DNA of 64,000 nt, taken from positions 4,650,001 through 4,714,000 of the forward strand of contig CAVNZM010000014.1 of assembly GCA_963693365.1 (NCBI GenBank), in the 5' to 3' direction. Position 1 is the first letter of the stretch; each line of letters opens with the position of its first letter. The notes under the pieces were generated by a model, which was not told where the DNA came from, ran no database searches, and saw only the letters and a program-made list of their open reading frames with translations. Of this stretch, positions 13,541 through 37,218 are shown one piece after another. A program made the position numbers and the translations under genes. This stretch comes from Amoebidium appalachense (Eukaryota > Protista > Ichthyosporea).

Positions 13541-14403
13541 AGCGCCGTGCTTTGAAAATAAAAAGAGAAAAAAAACACAGGAAACTCGAAAGTCATGTTG
13601 AGAAGAGGCACGTAACAGAAGGATAGGAAAGAAGCATATGTCTCTTATGTGCAGCTAGTATCCTTCCGAGCGGTTCTGGCTAGTGCGTTGTGGCTTCTTG
13701 CTGCTGCTGAAGTCTTGATCTTTTAAGTACGCGTTAGAGAGCATCCTTTCGTGCTGTTCTGTTAGGAGCAGGTTTCGGTGAACCAGCGGATAAACGAAGG
13801 ATCTGAAGGGTCTACAAGGAAAGGTGGGTTTTAATGCGTGCTAATCTGTGCTGGTGCTTGTTTACAGATGCATTTTCACGGTTTCTTTTTTAGTCGCGTT
13901 GTCTCCTCTCTCCCCAACTCCCTCCCTCACTCAAAACCTGCCTCTCCCAGGCCTCACTCGTTTAGAACCTCTGGAGCGCGTATGCTTTGTGTGCCATGCG
14001 TGGCTACCTATCTGGCCCAAACTAATGGCTTCTATGCACATGTGGGTGTAGGTGGGAGCGAGGGTTTGGGTGGGTGGGTGGGGGGGGAGATGGGGTGGAC
14101 CTTTGTGCGGTATGTATGTGTATGCGTGTGGCACACACCTTCGTGTTTGTGTGTGCATTGTGTATGTGCTTGTCAAGCGCTTTGTACATGTGTATGTAGG
14201 TGTGTAGGTGCCAGCCCCACACCCTGGCCCCAACTGCATTCTAGACCCACCTTGCTCCTTAGTTACAGCGATGCACGAACTTGTGCATGCTCACGCACAC
14301 ACACATGCATAGAAACACACACACACACACACACACACACAATACACACCGCACCCACCCACACACACACGCGCGCGTGCGCATACACACACGCACACAC
14401 ACA

Positions 14404-14441
<38 letters not shown>

Positions 14442-14570
14442 CACACACACTCGAACACACAAACGCACATACATATGCACATACACGCAGGTTCAAACAG
14501 AGCACCCATTCTTATCCGCAAACGTGATGTTGTCTTCGTCTCCTTCTTGCCCCCCCCCCCCCCCCCCCCC

Positions 14571-14804
14571 CAACCCTGCTCGTCTCTGATCAAGACGGGT
14601 GACCTACTCATGTTCAAGTGAAACAGTATCTGAGTTGGGTTTCGTTAACGAGGGGAATAGGTCGAAACTCGGGTACTGTGGATGACGTGGGCCCCCCCTG
14701 AGGATGGGCTCTGCTTATTATGCATACTCTTTATGTATGGCTTGCATTCTGCATCGTGTTATCCGTTTGTTCTTGTGTACTTCGTACTTTTTGACGCATT
14801 CAAA
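14571..14804 (+). mobile_element. Family A Penelope-like element, 5'-truncated copy
   Basis: Near-identical to the 3' ends of the long copies at 55937 and 59426; ends GCATTCAAA-(C)n and is flanked by C-runs. Confidence 0.85.
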
Positions 14805-15173
14805 CCCCCCCCCCCCCCTCCCCCTATTATCCCCTAAATGGGTCAACTTGCAGATGCTGTGGATGATTTACGCATTTACCTGAGGATGGAACCTGATTGT
14901 GTGTGTCTTGTGGTTTCGGGCATATATACATTGTGCTACCTGTACTGGATTTTTTTGTTATACAGTGTACTGCTTTCTAACCCAAACTGACTTGCATCCC
15001 CTCCCCCTCCCCCCTCTTCCCCCTCTCCCCCCGAAAGGCGGCTCTACATTTGATGCATACACTTGTAGTGTGTTTTTTTCCTGCAGAATCTGTGTTAAGT
15101 TGTGTTGTCTGTCGTGACTTGGCACCTCGTACTCTGTAGCATATTCTTCCCCCTCCCCTCCTCACCCTAGCCC

Positions 15174-15210
<37 letters not shown>

Positions 15211-15439
15211 CTGAGGTAAATCTCTTCCGTTATGTGGTGTTTGTGATGTGTGTGGTTTGAAAATCCTGGTAGCTTATTCGGGCTGCTGTAATCCCCTCGC
15301 TTCCCTTTTTCCTTTTTCTATTTTTGGGGTTTCTGGGGTGGGGTATCATCTGATGTTTCCACAAAGTCATGCTTTTGGGCTGCACACTCACGTCCATTGT
15401 GTGTGGCTTTGTGCAGGTGCAAGTTCGTACGACGGTCAA

Positions 15440-23446
<8,007 letters not shown>

Positions 23447-24552
23447 TGCCACTTCTAAGAATTAGTGCTTGCTAAAGGCATAGTGACTAGTTATATATAG
23501 ATGGATGGTGGAAGCGCACGTGGATGGCTTTGCTGCATAGGGAGGAGAACTCCCTGGGAGGATTGAATATGATGTGCAGCTACCCTTGTGCTTTACCATG
23601 TGCTTGTACAGATGTTATGTGTTGAAGTTCCCTCGTGCACACATGTTATGGCGAATGATATTTATACAGCTTTGCAACAGGGAGACGTAAGAGTTGGGCA
23701 GAAAGCAGGCATTTGGCCGCTTAGACGAATGCAACCCTTGCAGGTGTCACAATAAAATACACATTTGATATGTGTGTGCTGTGCGTGCGTCCGTTCTCCA
23801 ACAAGTACATATGTGTGAGTTGGTCTGTAAGACTGTGTTTGGTCATTGTTTGTTGTGGACACAGCGCTGTTGACTTTAACTCGTCAACCGTGAGGTGATA
23901 GCCATTTCTACTCTTGCTCGTGAATCTTTGTCCTCGAAACATGGATCTTGCGTTCTCATTCCCATCCACCCCACCACGCCCCAAACGTCTCATTCGCCCC
24001 ATCACGCCCCAAACGTGATCACGGGCACACAACTTTCAAAGGTTTACAACCACACTATTTCGCACCCTGCACCATCTTACAACACATACCTTATTTGGCA
24101 TCCCCACCTGACCATATTTGGCAGGTTAGCCAAAAATAGAAGCTTGATCAAGTCGGGACTGTCGGATCGACAAAGTGCGAAAACGAGCGAATCTGATTGG
24201 TGGCCGCTTTCTTTCTGTAAACCAATCATTTGGCTCTAATGGGTCTCGTGGAATGTGCATCAACCGGATACATAAAACACAAAAAAGGAGTCACCATTTC
24301 TGGACACAGTCACTTCAGACAAAGATTCAGTTTTCGAGTGTGTGTATGTGCATCATTTCGTAAAGTTCTTTTTGTTTTGAACCAAGTTACATGTCTATAA
24401 ACTGTTTCACTTGTATACTGCACCGCCGTGCCTAGCACACTCGCGAGTCACGAGGCTTATTTCTGCTCTATCCAGCAATACCTGGCTTTTCTAGATTTTC
24501 ATCAATCAATATCAGATCCCTGTGACAGTTCTCCTGAAAGCAAGTCGACAAC

Positions 24553-24773
24553 ATGAAGCTGAACGTAAGGGACTTTGCCGTCACCAACCTGGGCCCGGTA
24601 GGTTTCCTCGCGTATCTAGGTATACATATGGTTTCTTTTTAGCATGGCGCAGTGCTGTCTGTTCTTGGTAACTGTGTTGTTCCAGTCTTGCCCGATTGCC
24701 ACATTGTGCCACGGTTCGCCCAAACCCCTGACAGCACCTTCCGCTTATATAGTCTTCTGTGCCTGGCGGGGGG

Positions 24774-24812
<39 letters not shown>

Positions 24813-26179
24813 AGCATAGTCTTGTGTCACCTGCATTCCTTTCGCATCCTGAATTGCTCTTAATGAAGAGAAAAATAATGAAGCACTCTTCTGAGAGGAT
24901 GGCAAGGACTGGTAAGTAGTGCCTTCACATGCAAGCGGTGATTATTGAACACACACGAATCACGACACACCGAACTTGACCTTCAACAGAAATAAAACGT
25001 TACCAGTTCTCGAATGCTCGCTTTCTGTAGACCCCCGCCCCTCACCTCGTCCTCATATCATGGAAAAGAGCATCCATCGTGTTTGTGTATTATTATACTC
25101 CACTCACCTGCAAAGTGCAAAAGAAAGAACCTTCAAGAAGTTTGTACTTCATACTGTACTGGTTACCTCGTTGTGTGAGGAATAGTGTCCTCTGTACTGT
25201 ATGCAACACGCTTACAGTTACTCTTACCTCCCAGCCTTCCGTCTCCTCCCCCCATCCCCCCCCCCCCCCCCCCCCCCCCCAAACACGCACACACACACAC
25301 ATCCGCCCTCCCCCCCCCCCCCAAAAAAAAAAAAAAAAAAAAAAAACACACACGCATCCTTCCACCCCTCCAACCAACAGAGGTTGGTCAATAGCCCACT
25401 TGACTGCCCCCACTGGGTAACGGACGATGACGGTGTTCTGTTGACCTCTGAGTTGGACAAGGATATTCTCAAGGACAAGTTCACGTTTGTGGAGAAGGCT
25501 GGGCCCCGCGAGAAGCTGTTCTTCGACCCCAAGACTTGTGTCATAGGCATCGTGACTTGCGGTGAGTGGGCGTTCTGGGGGGTTGGTTGGGGGGGGGGGG
25601 GGGGGGGGAAGGGGGGGGGGGGGGGGGGGAGGGGGGAGGGGGGGGATTGGGTAGTCGAGGCTGTTGGGGAGAAAATGGAGAGTTTTGGCTTGGTGTAAAT
25701 GTGTGGGAGTTTATCAAGAGCAGAGGAATTAAGGTGTCACCCGGGTTTTTTTTGTTTTGGTTTTGTTGATCTCGTTGTTTTGCCCTTCAAACATTTCCGG
25801 CATTTTTTCAACGTTGTTTTCTGATTTTGCCCCCCCCCCCCCCCCTCCCCCCCCTCCCCTCCCCCCCCCCCTCCCCCTCCTTTTTTTGTGGGGGGGTTTT
25901 TTTGTGGGGGGGGCCCTCCCTCCCTCCCCCCCCCCCCCCTTCCCTTTTTTTTTTTTTGGGGGGGGGGGGGGGGAGGGGGGGGGAGGGGGGGGGGAGGGAT
26001 CGAAGATTACTTAGGAAGGGGAAAGGGATAGTAAACGGAGGGAAAGAGCATTCCGTTTTTTTATAAGGGACTCAGAGCTTGGTTGATGGCCCACGTGTGT
26101 GACCGTGGGCAATCAACCATGTAAGTTTATGCCTCTGTCTGTCTGTTTCTGTGTGTGTGTGTGTGTGTGTATGTGTGTG

Positions 26180-26215
<36 letters not shown>

Positions 26216-26578
26216 TGTGTGGGCGTTCGTGCCATGTTTTGGTGAACGTTTAATGAATCTGGTAACTTTTTCATACGTCTCTTTTCCCGAACCCTCTCTT
26301 CATCATAGGTGGTCTGTGCCCTGGTCTCAACGATGTGATCCGTTCTGTCGTGATGACTGCATGGCACCGCTACGGTGTGAGGAAGATCCTGGGCTTCAAG
26401 TGAGCTTAACCTCCCCCCCCTCCCCCCCCCCCCCCCCCCCCCCCCCACCACCACCACCACCACCACAACCACCGCACGGCGCAATTGTGTTGATTTAAGG
26501 ACCCCCCCCCCTCCTCCCTCGTGAACGATCTGTTGATTTAGACCGCCCCCTCCCCCGCTCATGTACAATTGTGTTGAT

Positions 26579-26624
<46 letters not shown>

Positions 26625-27145
26625 CCCCCCTGAGGATGGGCTCTGCTTATGACACATACTGTGTGCATGGATGATGTTGCATACTTGAATGTTTGCCTTT
26701 GCATGTGTCCTGCACCATGCTTCTCATCGTGTATGCGTACTTCGTACCGTGTTCCGCATTCAACCCCCCCCCCCCCCCACCCCCACCCCCTCTTCCCCTT
26801 CTCGTACAGATGTGTCAATTCAGAACCGACCCCCCCTCCCCTACCCCCCAGCGCCCAATTGTGCTGATCCAGAGCCCCTTAATGCCTTATTGTGTCGACA
26901 TCCGTGTTTCTCTCCCCCCCCCCCCCCCCCCCTCCCTCCCTCCCTCCCTCCCTCCCTCCCTTTCCCCCCGCGCCTGCCCCCTGCCCCCTGCCCCCTGACC
27001 TAACACACACACTGCACGTGCAGGTACGGGTACGAGGGGCTCAACCCCAAGACCTCTGAGGTGGTGGAATTGACCCCAGAGAGAGTTGCAGGTACGTGTG
27101 TGTATGGGTGCTCCCTATCACCACCGTAGTGTTATCCTCTATATA

Positions 27146-27177
<32 letters not shown>

Positions 27178-27605
27178 TCTCTCTTTCTCTCCCCCCGCCC
27201 CGGCCCCCACCCACCTACCATTCTCGGCATACATCCCCCCTCCCCTTCCCCTTCGCTCTCTCACCCTCCCCCCCCCCCCCCCCCATTTTGATGTGCACGT
27301 GCACACACACACTCGTGTGCACACAAGCGCGGGCCCAGGCGCGCGCACACACACACACATGCATGCATGCATGCATGCATGCATGCATTGATGTATGAGA
27401 AGAGAAACAGAAGATTTCAAGGAAGGTCGGTGTGTATGTGTGGGGGGCCACCCGGAGAGAGGGGGGGGGGGGGAGGGGGGGGGAGGGGGGGAGGGGGGGG
27501 CGGGATACAGGATTTGAGGAGGTTTCATTACATAGCAATGGGTTGGGTGTCTCACCACGGCATAGAAATCTTTGGTTCAAAACGTACTCACTCTATCACA
27601 CGTAT

Positions 27606-27640
<35 letters not shown>

Positions 27641-28129
27641 TACACTTTCTTCCCCCCTTACCCACCACCACCACCCCCCAAAACACACACACACACACAC
27701 ACACACGTACACACACTTACGCCTCCCCCTCCTCCCGCACACCCCCTCCCCCCCTTCCCCCCCTCCCCCCCCGCAACACACACACACACATACACGTACA
27801 CACAGACATCCACTATTTCGGTGGCACGATGCTCGCCAGCTCCCGCGGCGCCCAGGACGTAAACGTAATGGTCGACTATCTCATGTCTTTAAACGTGAGT
27901 GTTCTCTTCACAATCGGTGGAGACGGAACACAAAAGGGAGCGCTTGCAATCAGTAACGAAGTGCGAAGGAGGGGTTTACATTTGGCGTGTGTGGGTATTC
28001 CCAAGACGATTGACAACGATGTGAACTATGTTGAGAAGACTTTTGGGTTCGAAACGGCGGTGCAGATGGCTCAGCCTTCGATCCACGCGGCGCATGAGGA
28101 GGCAAGGGGTGCTAAGAATGGCATCGGCA

Positions 28130-28198
<69 letters not shown>

Positions 28199-28544
28199 AC
28201 GTGCATGTGCGAATAGTTAGGGGCTCTATGAAGAGATGTAGTAGAAAGGTATTGTGTGACATAATGGTTGAGGGTACGATGGGAGGTTTGGGTGGGTGGG
28301 GGAGGGGGTGGAAGGGGGCGGAGGGGGGGGGGGGGGGGAGGGGGGGGAGGGGGGAGTGAGGGGGGAATATCAGTTGTAGATGTATAAGAAGGGGATGATT
28401 TGTATATATAGAGAATTGGAGATGTATTAAGAAAAATACAGCACCAGAAAAAAGATCTTTGAGATCTGCAACAGGGACGTACAGTTTGAGGTGCAGAGCG
28501 GGGGGAGGCTAAGGTTAGTGAAGATGGGGGTGGGGTTGGTGGGT

Positions 28545-28584
<40 letters not shown>

Positions 28585-28943
28585 TAAGGATATGTGAAGA
28601 TAGGCCAATACAGCTCTGACGTCGTTTGGTTGCAGTCAAGTTGGTGGGCCGAAGGGATGTAATAGGAGATTTAGATTAGGAGATATGCAACAGGGTGGTA
28701 TATCCATGTAAGGTTATATAAAATAAGGAGCATTCTGGGATCTATGGTTAGATACCAAGCCAAATCTGACTGTGTGTTTGTTTGCAGTTAAGTTGATGGG
28801 CCGTGACAGCGGGTTCATAGCCATGTATGCATCCATTGCAAGCAATGACGTCAACATCTGTCTTATTCCCGAGGTTCCCTTCACAATCGACCAGGTAATG
28901 TGTTGCTCTTCTCCCCTCATCCTCTTTCTATGTGTGTGTGTGT

Positions 28944-28981
<38 letters not shown>

Positions 28982-29236
28982 ATGTGTATGTGTGTGTGGG
29001 TGGATGGGTGGGGTGTGAGTGTGGGTGGGTTGGTGGGTGGGTGTCGGCGTGTCTGTGTGTGTGTGTGGGGGTGTGTGTGTGTGTGTGTGTGTTTTGTGTG
29101 TGTGGGTGTGTGTTGTTCATTTTACAGATGTATCAGGCATGCTCGTGTATATGTTTGGTGTTCTCATGTGCGTGTGCAGGCAGAGGAGCAGTTAGGCGGA
29201 AAGGTTGGGACGGTCAGAGGGCGAGAGGGTGCGTGT

Positions 29237-29297
<61 letters not shown>

Positions 29298-30443
29298 AGA
29301 GGGAGAAGAATGGGGGGGAAAGTAGGGACGGGACGATCAGAGGGCGAGAGGGTGTGTGCGGGTGGGGGGGGGGGGGGGGGGGGAGGGAGACATAACCATT
29401 GCTTACATCGATGCAAATGGCACGCAGATTGTGAACTACATTGCCAAGAGGTTCCAAAAGAGAAACCACTGTCTGATTGTCGTTGCTGAGGGGGCCGGCC
29501 AGGCAAACTTCAGGTGAGAAAAAGCCCTAAGAAAGTATAAGAATGTACCATGGGTTTATTGTGGGGGTATTGTGTGGGGAATGAAAGGGTGTACATATTC
29601 TGTGTGTTTTTCTCGTGCTGTTCAGCTATTTACAGGAGATGGTCTTTGAGGGAGGGGAGGGGGGGGGGGGGGGGGGGGGGGGGGAGAAGGAGTAAGACAG
29701 AAAGGTTTACCATACACAGATACGTGCCTGCTATGGAGAATTGCAAGCCCTATGTCCCCTTGCTGTTCATTGGTTCAATGTCACAATCTGTTTGGGTGTC
29801 TTTTGGCATAATTTCTTCCTAAATCTGCCTCTCCAATGTATACCCTTGCATCTATTCGGCTCATTTTTGCTCATTATGGTGGAGAGTCCTTCTTATCCAT
29901 ATTTAGTAATCGGTTGTGTTGCGTCACTTACCATAATGGGTATTTCTTGGTGTTGTCACTTACCATCATTGGTATATATGTCCACAGCAAGACGGGGGAG
30001 AAGGATGCATCTGGCAACGTCAAGTATGTCGACATCGGTGTGGCTCTTAGAGATGTATTGTGCCCCATCCGCTCAACACATACATATTACACCTCCCCAC
30101 CTCCCCGGCCCGCACACTCGCACTCACACCCCGTTCAAAACACGAGAGTGTTACGCCCCTGAACCCTGACTCATGGAATTTTTTTGTATTAGCGATTAGG
30201 AGGTACACGTTTGCAGGCTTTGGTGTTGCTGCCTGCTCTCATCCCCCCCTCCCCCCTCCCCCCCCCTCTTTCCCCTCCGGCCCCTCTTTTGTTCCCTGGT
30301 ATTCTTTCGCTGTTTTCTCACTTTGCTTCGTTTGGTTTGCATCTGTTTTGTTTTGATGGTTGTAGAACGGTGCATCTCAGGGACATTAAACGGTCATGCT
30401 TTGATTCCAATGGGATGTCATCCTCCCCCCCCCCCCCCCCCCC

Positions 30444-30502
<59 letters not shown>

Positions 30503-31154
30503 GCCCCTCCCTCCCTCGCTCCCTCCCCCCCCCCCCCCCCCCCCCCTAAACAAAAAAAAGCTACCACCACGATGTCATCACCCCCATCCTTTCCCCCTCT
30601 CTCCATTCTCCACCCTTCCCTCCCTCCCTCTCCCCCCCCCCTCCCCCCCCCCCCCCCTCCCCCCCCCCCCTTCCCACATGCATGTGTGGCTCACCTTTGC
30701 ACGTGCAGGCGCTAGGCAAGGGGCTGAAGGCCAAGGGGATTGACACGACCATCAAGTACATCGACCCATCATACACCATCCGGTCGGCACCCTGCATTGC
30801 TCACGATGCCGTACGTGTCCCTTTCTCCTATAGACAACACACACGTACACACATGCATGTATATACCCATGCACACGAACACACACATGCGCGCGCACGC
30901 ACACACAAAAGAACATGAAACGTACACACAAAAGAGCATAAAACGTGCGCAGTTGTAAACAAGTCCACCGTGACGCTCGTTATGATACGTAGGGCCCCCT
31001 TTCGTAAAAACGGTTTTTTTGAGTTTCATTATACGGTTACTCAGATTGAACCGGATTCGATCTGGACCAATCGTGACCACACATGCACAGGCACGTGCAG
31101 GTTCTTGAGAATCCAATGGTTGTGCAGTCGTTTTCCATGTTTGATGTCTCTGTT

Positions 31155-31212
<58 letters not shown>

Positions 31213-31474
31213 TGTGTAGTGTTTGTTGGCTGAGTAGATTGAGGCTTCACTAGGTGTGGACATGAAACACTATATATATATTGCACACAATTCTCATCTT
31301 TTTGCACATTCCACCCCAACAACACATACACTGTAACATACGTGCATGTTTTCACCCACACACTCACATGTGACGTTTGCATGTGCACACGTACAGATCT
31401 TTGCACAAGAACACACACAACACAAACACGTACCCCCCCACCCACACACATACACACCCCTCTCTCTTCCTCCC

Positions 31475-31505
<31 letters not shown>

Positions 31506-31754
31506 ACGTACACACATACACACGTACATACACACAGATCTTCTGTGTGCAGCTTGCACTGAATGGCCGTGCACGCAGGGCTTGCAGGCAAGACGGGGAT
31601 CATCGTAGGTATGATCAACAGTCAGTTCGTGCACATTCCGGTGGAGAGAAGTGTTGAGAAGAGGAAGATGGTGGATGTGAAGGGGGCAGTGTACCAGACA
31701 CTCAGGGACAACACCGGTATGCCCTACAGCTGGGATCAGGTGGACAGCGCATAG
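24553..31754 (+). CDS. PFK: ATP-dependent 6-phosphofructokinase, single-domain (plant/trypanosomatid group X-like), 10 exons
   Basis: Exons 24553-24597, 25381-25561, 26309-26399, 27024-27091, 27806-28132, 28788-28894, 29428-29513, 29988-30054, 30709-30810, 31538-31754. Motifs [73 protein letters not shown]. One extra base near 31564 shifts the last exon, probably a sequencing error. Confidence 0.95.
26627..26763 (+). mobile_element. Family B 3' fragment in a PFK intron
   Basis: CCCTGAGGATGGGCTCTGC...GCATTCAA-(C)n. Confidence 0.85.
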
Positions 31755-32440
31755 CCAACCTGAATCTCAGTGATTCTCTACCTTTTTCCCTCTCTTTCTT
31801 TTTCGTCTTTTTTCTTTCTTTTCCTTTTTTTTTTTTTGTCCCCCCTATCAATTCTTAAGTTAGAACACATGTTTTTTATTTTTCCGTTAGTTTCTTTGGT
31901 TTTTTCTCCCCCTTTTTGTTGGCGATTTTATTGCCACCCTCTTTGGCAATGCCCCCCTTATTTTCCTTTTTAGTTTGTTTTAAAGCTTCCCTATTCCTCT
32001 CCATTCTGTTTCGCTGAGAGGGGGGGGGGGGGAGGCTAAACGGCAACCGGTCGTTGGTTTTCTTATTCTTGCTGACTTCGGCAATTGGGTATTTTTTTAG
32101 GTGACTTCTGTACAGCGAGTAGTGTGGGGTTGGATATCGATCTGGAGATATATCACGAGGTATACCGAAAGTTGGTATCTCTCTACTCTGACAGTCACCG
32201 CCCCCCTGCCATCGGCTTAATGAAAGTATCTTATTGGCCAACCCTAAAGGCTTTTTGACATATCTATTATAGATAAGTGGATGTAGGCATGGGTACTGCT
32301 TTTTAGGACTAGAGATGCACCGGGCATGTTGTTTGTTCATTCACATAATTACCTCATCAGGCAGCACACAACTTCCACATTATTGTTAACGTTTTAGTTT
32401 TAGTTCAATATTTATTTTGTTTTAGTTTAAATATTCAAAT

Positions 32441-32505
<65 letters not shown>

Positions 32506-33014
32506 GCATGATACATACACAGGCACCTGCAACTTTGGGGCCTTTTCAACTTTTTTGGGTGAAGCAATGACCTGCCCCACAAACAAATATGGGTATGGTT
32601 CAAGTTTCACCGAAACCGTTTGCGCTCAATATTACTATGTAGAGCAATGAAAGCTTCGACAGATGCGAGAGAAGTTTGAGAAGTTGTTACAGGGGTCATT
32701 CGGGACTCTTGAAGATAATTCACCTGTAAGATAATTCAGTACTAGATTTTTTGGGAAAAAATAAAATTCTAGGGGCTACCGAGGCTGGGGGGAAACTCGC
32801 CGGGGGGGGAGGGGGGGGGTGGGACAGTGATTGGCGCGTGATCATCAAGGGAAAAGAAGAGGTGGGCAAAAGAAATTAAAGGGTTTCATTGGAGGGTGTG
32901 TCACAGCCAATGAACAAGAAAAAAGCATACATGTGGGACCCCCCAAACCCCCGTCTCTCTAGATTATACTGGATACGGAGATCTATGGATAGGAGAGGTA
33001 TGGTCAAGGAAGGC

Positions 33015-33064
<50 letters not shown>

Positions 33065-33774
33065 GAGTGATCTACGCCCAAGCATCGCCGGTCACATGCA
33101 GGCTTGAAAAAAAAAAAACGACGACATGTCTTGGCATTCACAAAGATAGCCTGAGAGGAATGCGCACTCACTAGCATGGGGGGATGGATATTGGTGAATA
33201 GAACTGCTCTTCACCTTATTTTAACAGGTTGCGTTTGTTGGTCCTTGTTGCTGCTCTCTAAGTATTAAAGTTCTTGGGGCGCAACTGTTGGAGCAAAGTC
33301 ATTATACTATATAACTATCTTGGAGACGTGCAAAATCGACGTCTTTGGCGCAAACTTCTCATGCGCTGTACTGCATATATCTCAAGCGTTGTGAATTCAC
33401 CTAATAAGTCCTCTGGACATATTACAGAAAAAAAAATAGAATATAGCAAAAAAAAGTGGTTATATTAATATAGGTAAGTGCTCAAATAGCAATAAGAATA
33501 GATAAAATCAAGGATATACATATATATATAGGCGTTGGCCTACGTACGCATATCCAAGCCGCGACCGAGAACATGTGGGGGGTTTACGCTGTTTACTCGA
33601 GGCAAAGAGAACCAGTCTCAGGTATGGGGGGGGGGGTTTTGCTCGGAATATCCCCTCAGCGGTATATCATGATCACGTACATAGATGTCGGGTGGTGACT
33701 ATATATCAGGGTTTACTTTCTCTACGAGACACCATAAAGACTACAAGGAGAAATCAATTAGTTGGGGTTCCCCG

Positions 33775-33806
<32 letters not shown>

Positions 33807-34059
33807 CATGTGCATGAGACGGCGACCCGGCGCACGCACAGGAATTTCATCAGGCCAAAAAGATCATTACTTCTAAATCACGCAGTGTACTTACTATGCA
33901 TTATTCGATTCATCGAATCAAACACATAAATTGAGATGATCAGGGACAGAGGTTTTGTTTTACCCTCCTCAATCCGATCAGCCAGGAATCCGCGGCTTGC
34001 CGGCAATAGATCTTGCGACCTGCGGCGGGTGTGTCTCCGCAGTACGGCTATTCGGCCAT

Positions 34060-35124
<1,065 letters not shown>

Positions 35125-35159
35125 CTCTCTCCTTCTCTCCCCCCTCCCTCCTTTCTCCC

Positions 35160-35190
<31 letters not shown>

Positions 35191-36192
35191 AAAAAAAAAA
35201 AAAAAAGGGCCTCCCATATGTATGTATATCCGTAGTATCCTGATATCGATTGAGCCGCCAATCGACTGATGATTTATATTGCTCACCTAATTTGGCCAGT
35301 TTTTTTCCCCTATGCTTGTGCGCGGTGGCGGATGGGTGAGCATCGGGAAACTTCAGCTCGAACTTCAAACTTGGAACTTCCAGAAGTTGCAGCCTCGCTG
35401 CCTCAGGTAAACTTTGAAAGGAATGTTTTGTGTTGTAACAAATTGACAATGTGTTCCGAAAAACGATCGGATAATTGCGCACATATTTTGGTTCATTTTT
35501 GGCCAATCATAAGCGTGGTGCAGATCTAGCAAATCACCTGTAGGCAATAGGATCCCCAACTACCTTGAACCACAACATCATTATGCAAACAGTTACTGAT
35601 ATACGAGCAAAAGAGTATTACAGTTATTTCATCAATAGTATTTTGATAACTTGACTGAACTATTATCTATGTAAATGCTGTTCCTGATCAGCTTTCCTAC
35701 AAAAAAATTATTTGGCTGGGTAAAAAAATCTTCAGTACATGAAAGATCACTCCATGGGGATGCTATTCAGCCGTGTGTGACTGCCAAATTCAGTGAATCT
35801 TTGGAGTCAGTTACAAGTTTGTCGCAAGTTGGAGCACATCGCTCCGGCTGGGGCTCCCCACTTCACAGTTCTTGCCATACGACGGTCCTGCTTGCTCTTG
35901 CCTAAAATGGGTGCTTAATATCACACGTAGATTCACTCTCTTGCACTCTTGTGATTATATCCGTCATTGTGATATTATGTTACTAGTATTATAATAGCAA
36001 GCGTATACCAGGGAATGTAAAGGAAGGTCTCGAAGCAATTATGTATTACACTGGTTGGGTTGTTGCTTTCAAGTGGTGACAGTGTACCCTTACGACAGGA
36101 AGCGGATTCATCCGCACATACATAATCTGGTAAAACTACATCAACCTCCAAATTCCTTTTTGTTTAAAAAAGAAAAAAAACACCGTGAAAAA

Positions 36193-37218
36193 ATGGCCGA
36201 CGATTCAGCCCTTTTATTCTTCAGAAACCTCAACGATTTTGCCGGCCTGGTGACGTTTGGCTGTGTGCTGACCATGTTCACATATGGCCACTACCGTGTG
36301 CAGTTCAACCAACGTTCAACTGTCCGGTGGATGATTTACTTTGACGCCGCGGCTTTTTTTTGCGCATATCTCGCCTACATCCTCCAGACAAGAATCCCCC
36401 CGTGCAATTTCGTCGGGATTTGGTTCGTCGCGGATTTCCTTTTTGCGTGTAAAGACGCGTGCAAGTACACTTACTTACATTGTCTATCGGCGCCTGCGTG
36501 TTATGCTCTACAAGAACATGTACCCGACCTACGCGACGGGTGTTATATCTCTCGTTTTGTATTTCATCTACATGGGGTTAGCGTATTCTTTTAACACTGC
36601 GCTCAACTGCCAGCGCCAAAAAAAAGCGGGTGCGGAGGGTCACCAACTCGTCCTTAACCAAGCCGTCATAGCTTTATATTCTTTCTGGACACTTGTAGAC
36701 TTAATGGTTTCTGTGTTTATGATGAAACGTGTGTTTAAGGTGGTGTGAAATCCGTGACCAAAATGACCAAGGAAAAGAGAAAACACGGTCTGTACAGGTC
36801 GCTTCTCCTCCAGGAGGAATCGAGGCTTCTAATCAGCACGATTGCGATGCTCGGGGTGACGATTTGGTCCATCGTCAAGTTTGCGTTACCAAAGGAAAAA
36901 GCATCAAACATGATTATGATCAACTCGGTGACGTTCGTGTACATGCAGATGTGGTTGCTCATAAGCAGTTTTGGGATTAAGGGCGTGGAAGGAGGAACCG
37001 AATCGAGCCACAGAAGCGATCGGCGATCGAGCACGGGAATGAACTCTTCCCTAAAAGGAAAAACTACTAGCGCGAGGGTGAGACGCGAGAGCACGCATAA
37101 GGTTGCAGGGGTTCGGTCGTCCGTAAATAATGCAAGTGTGCATGGTACGATGGACAACAATGGAGGGACGAGGGGAAGGCGAGCCGAACAGCGACTGCTA
37201 TTAATATGGGGGGGGTGA
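36193..37218 (+). pseudogene. Intronless multi-pass (about 7 TM) membrane protein split by two frameshifts; pseudogene or assembly error
   Basis: Three overlapping ORFs join into one hydrophobic protein (MADDSALLFF..GLVTFGCVLTMF..VISLVLYFIYMGLAY..IALYSFWTLVDLMVSVFMM..LLISTIAMLGVTIWSIV..VTFVYMQMWLLISSF plus a Ser/Arg-rich tail). The breaks are a TTAC duplication (36471-36478) and a TG duplication (about 36746). Confidence 0.6.

Noticed and set aside
31560-31570. Programmed frameshift or pseudogenisation in PFK (also EEP at 50350 and mannosidase at 1680)
   Set aside because: Single-base indels, mostly in homopolymers, in otherwise conserved genes; assembly error is more likely.
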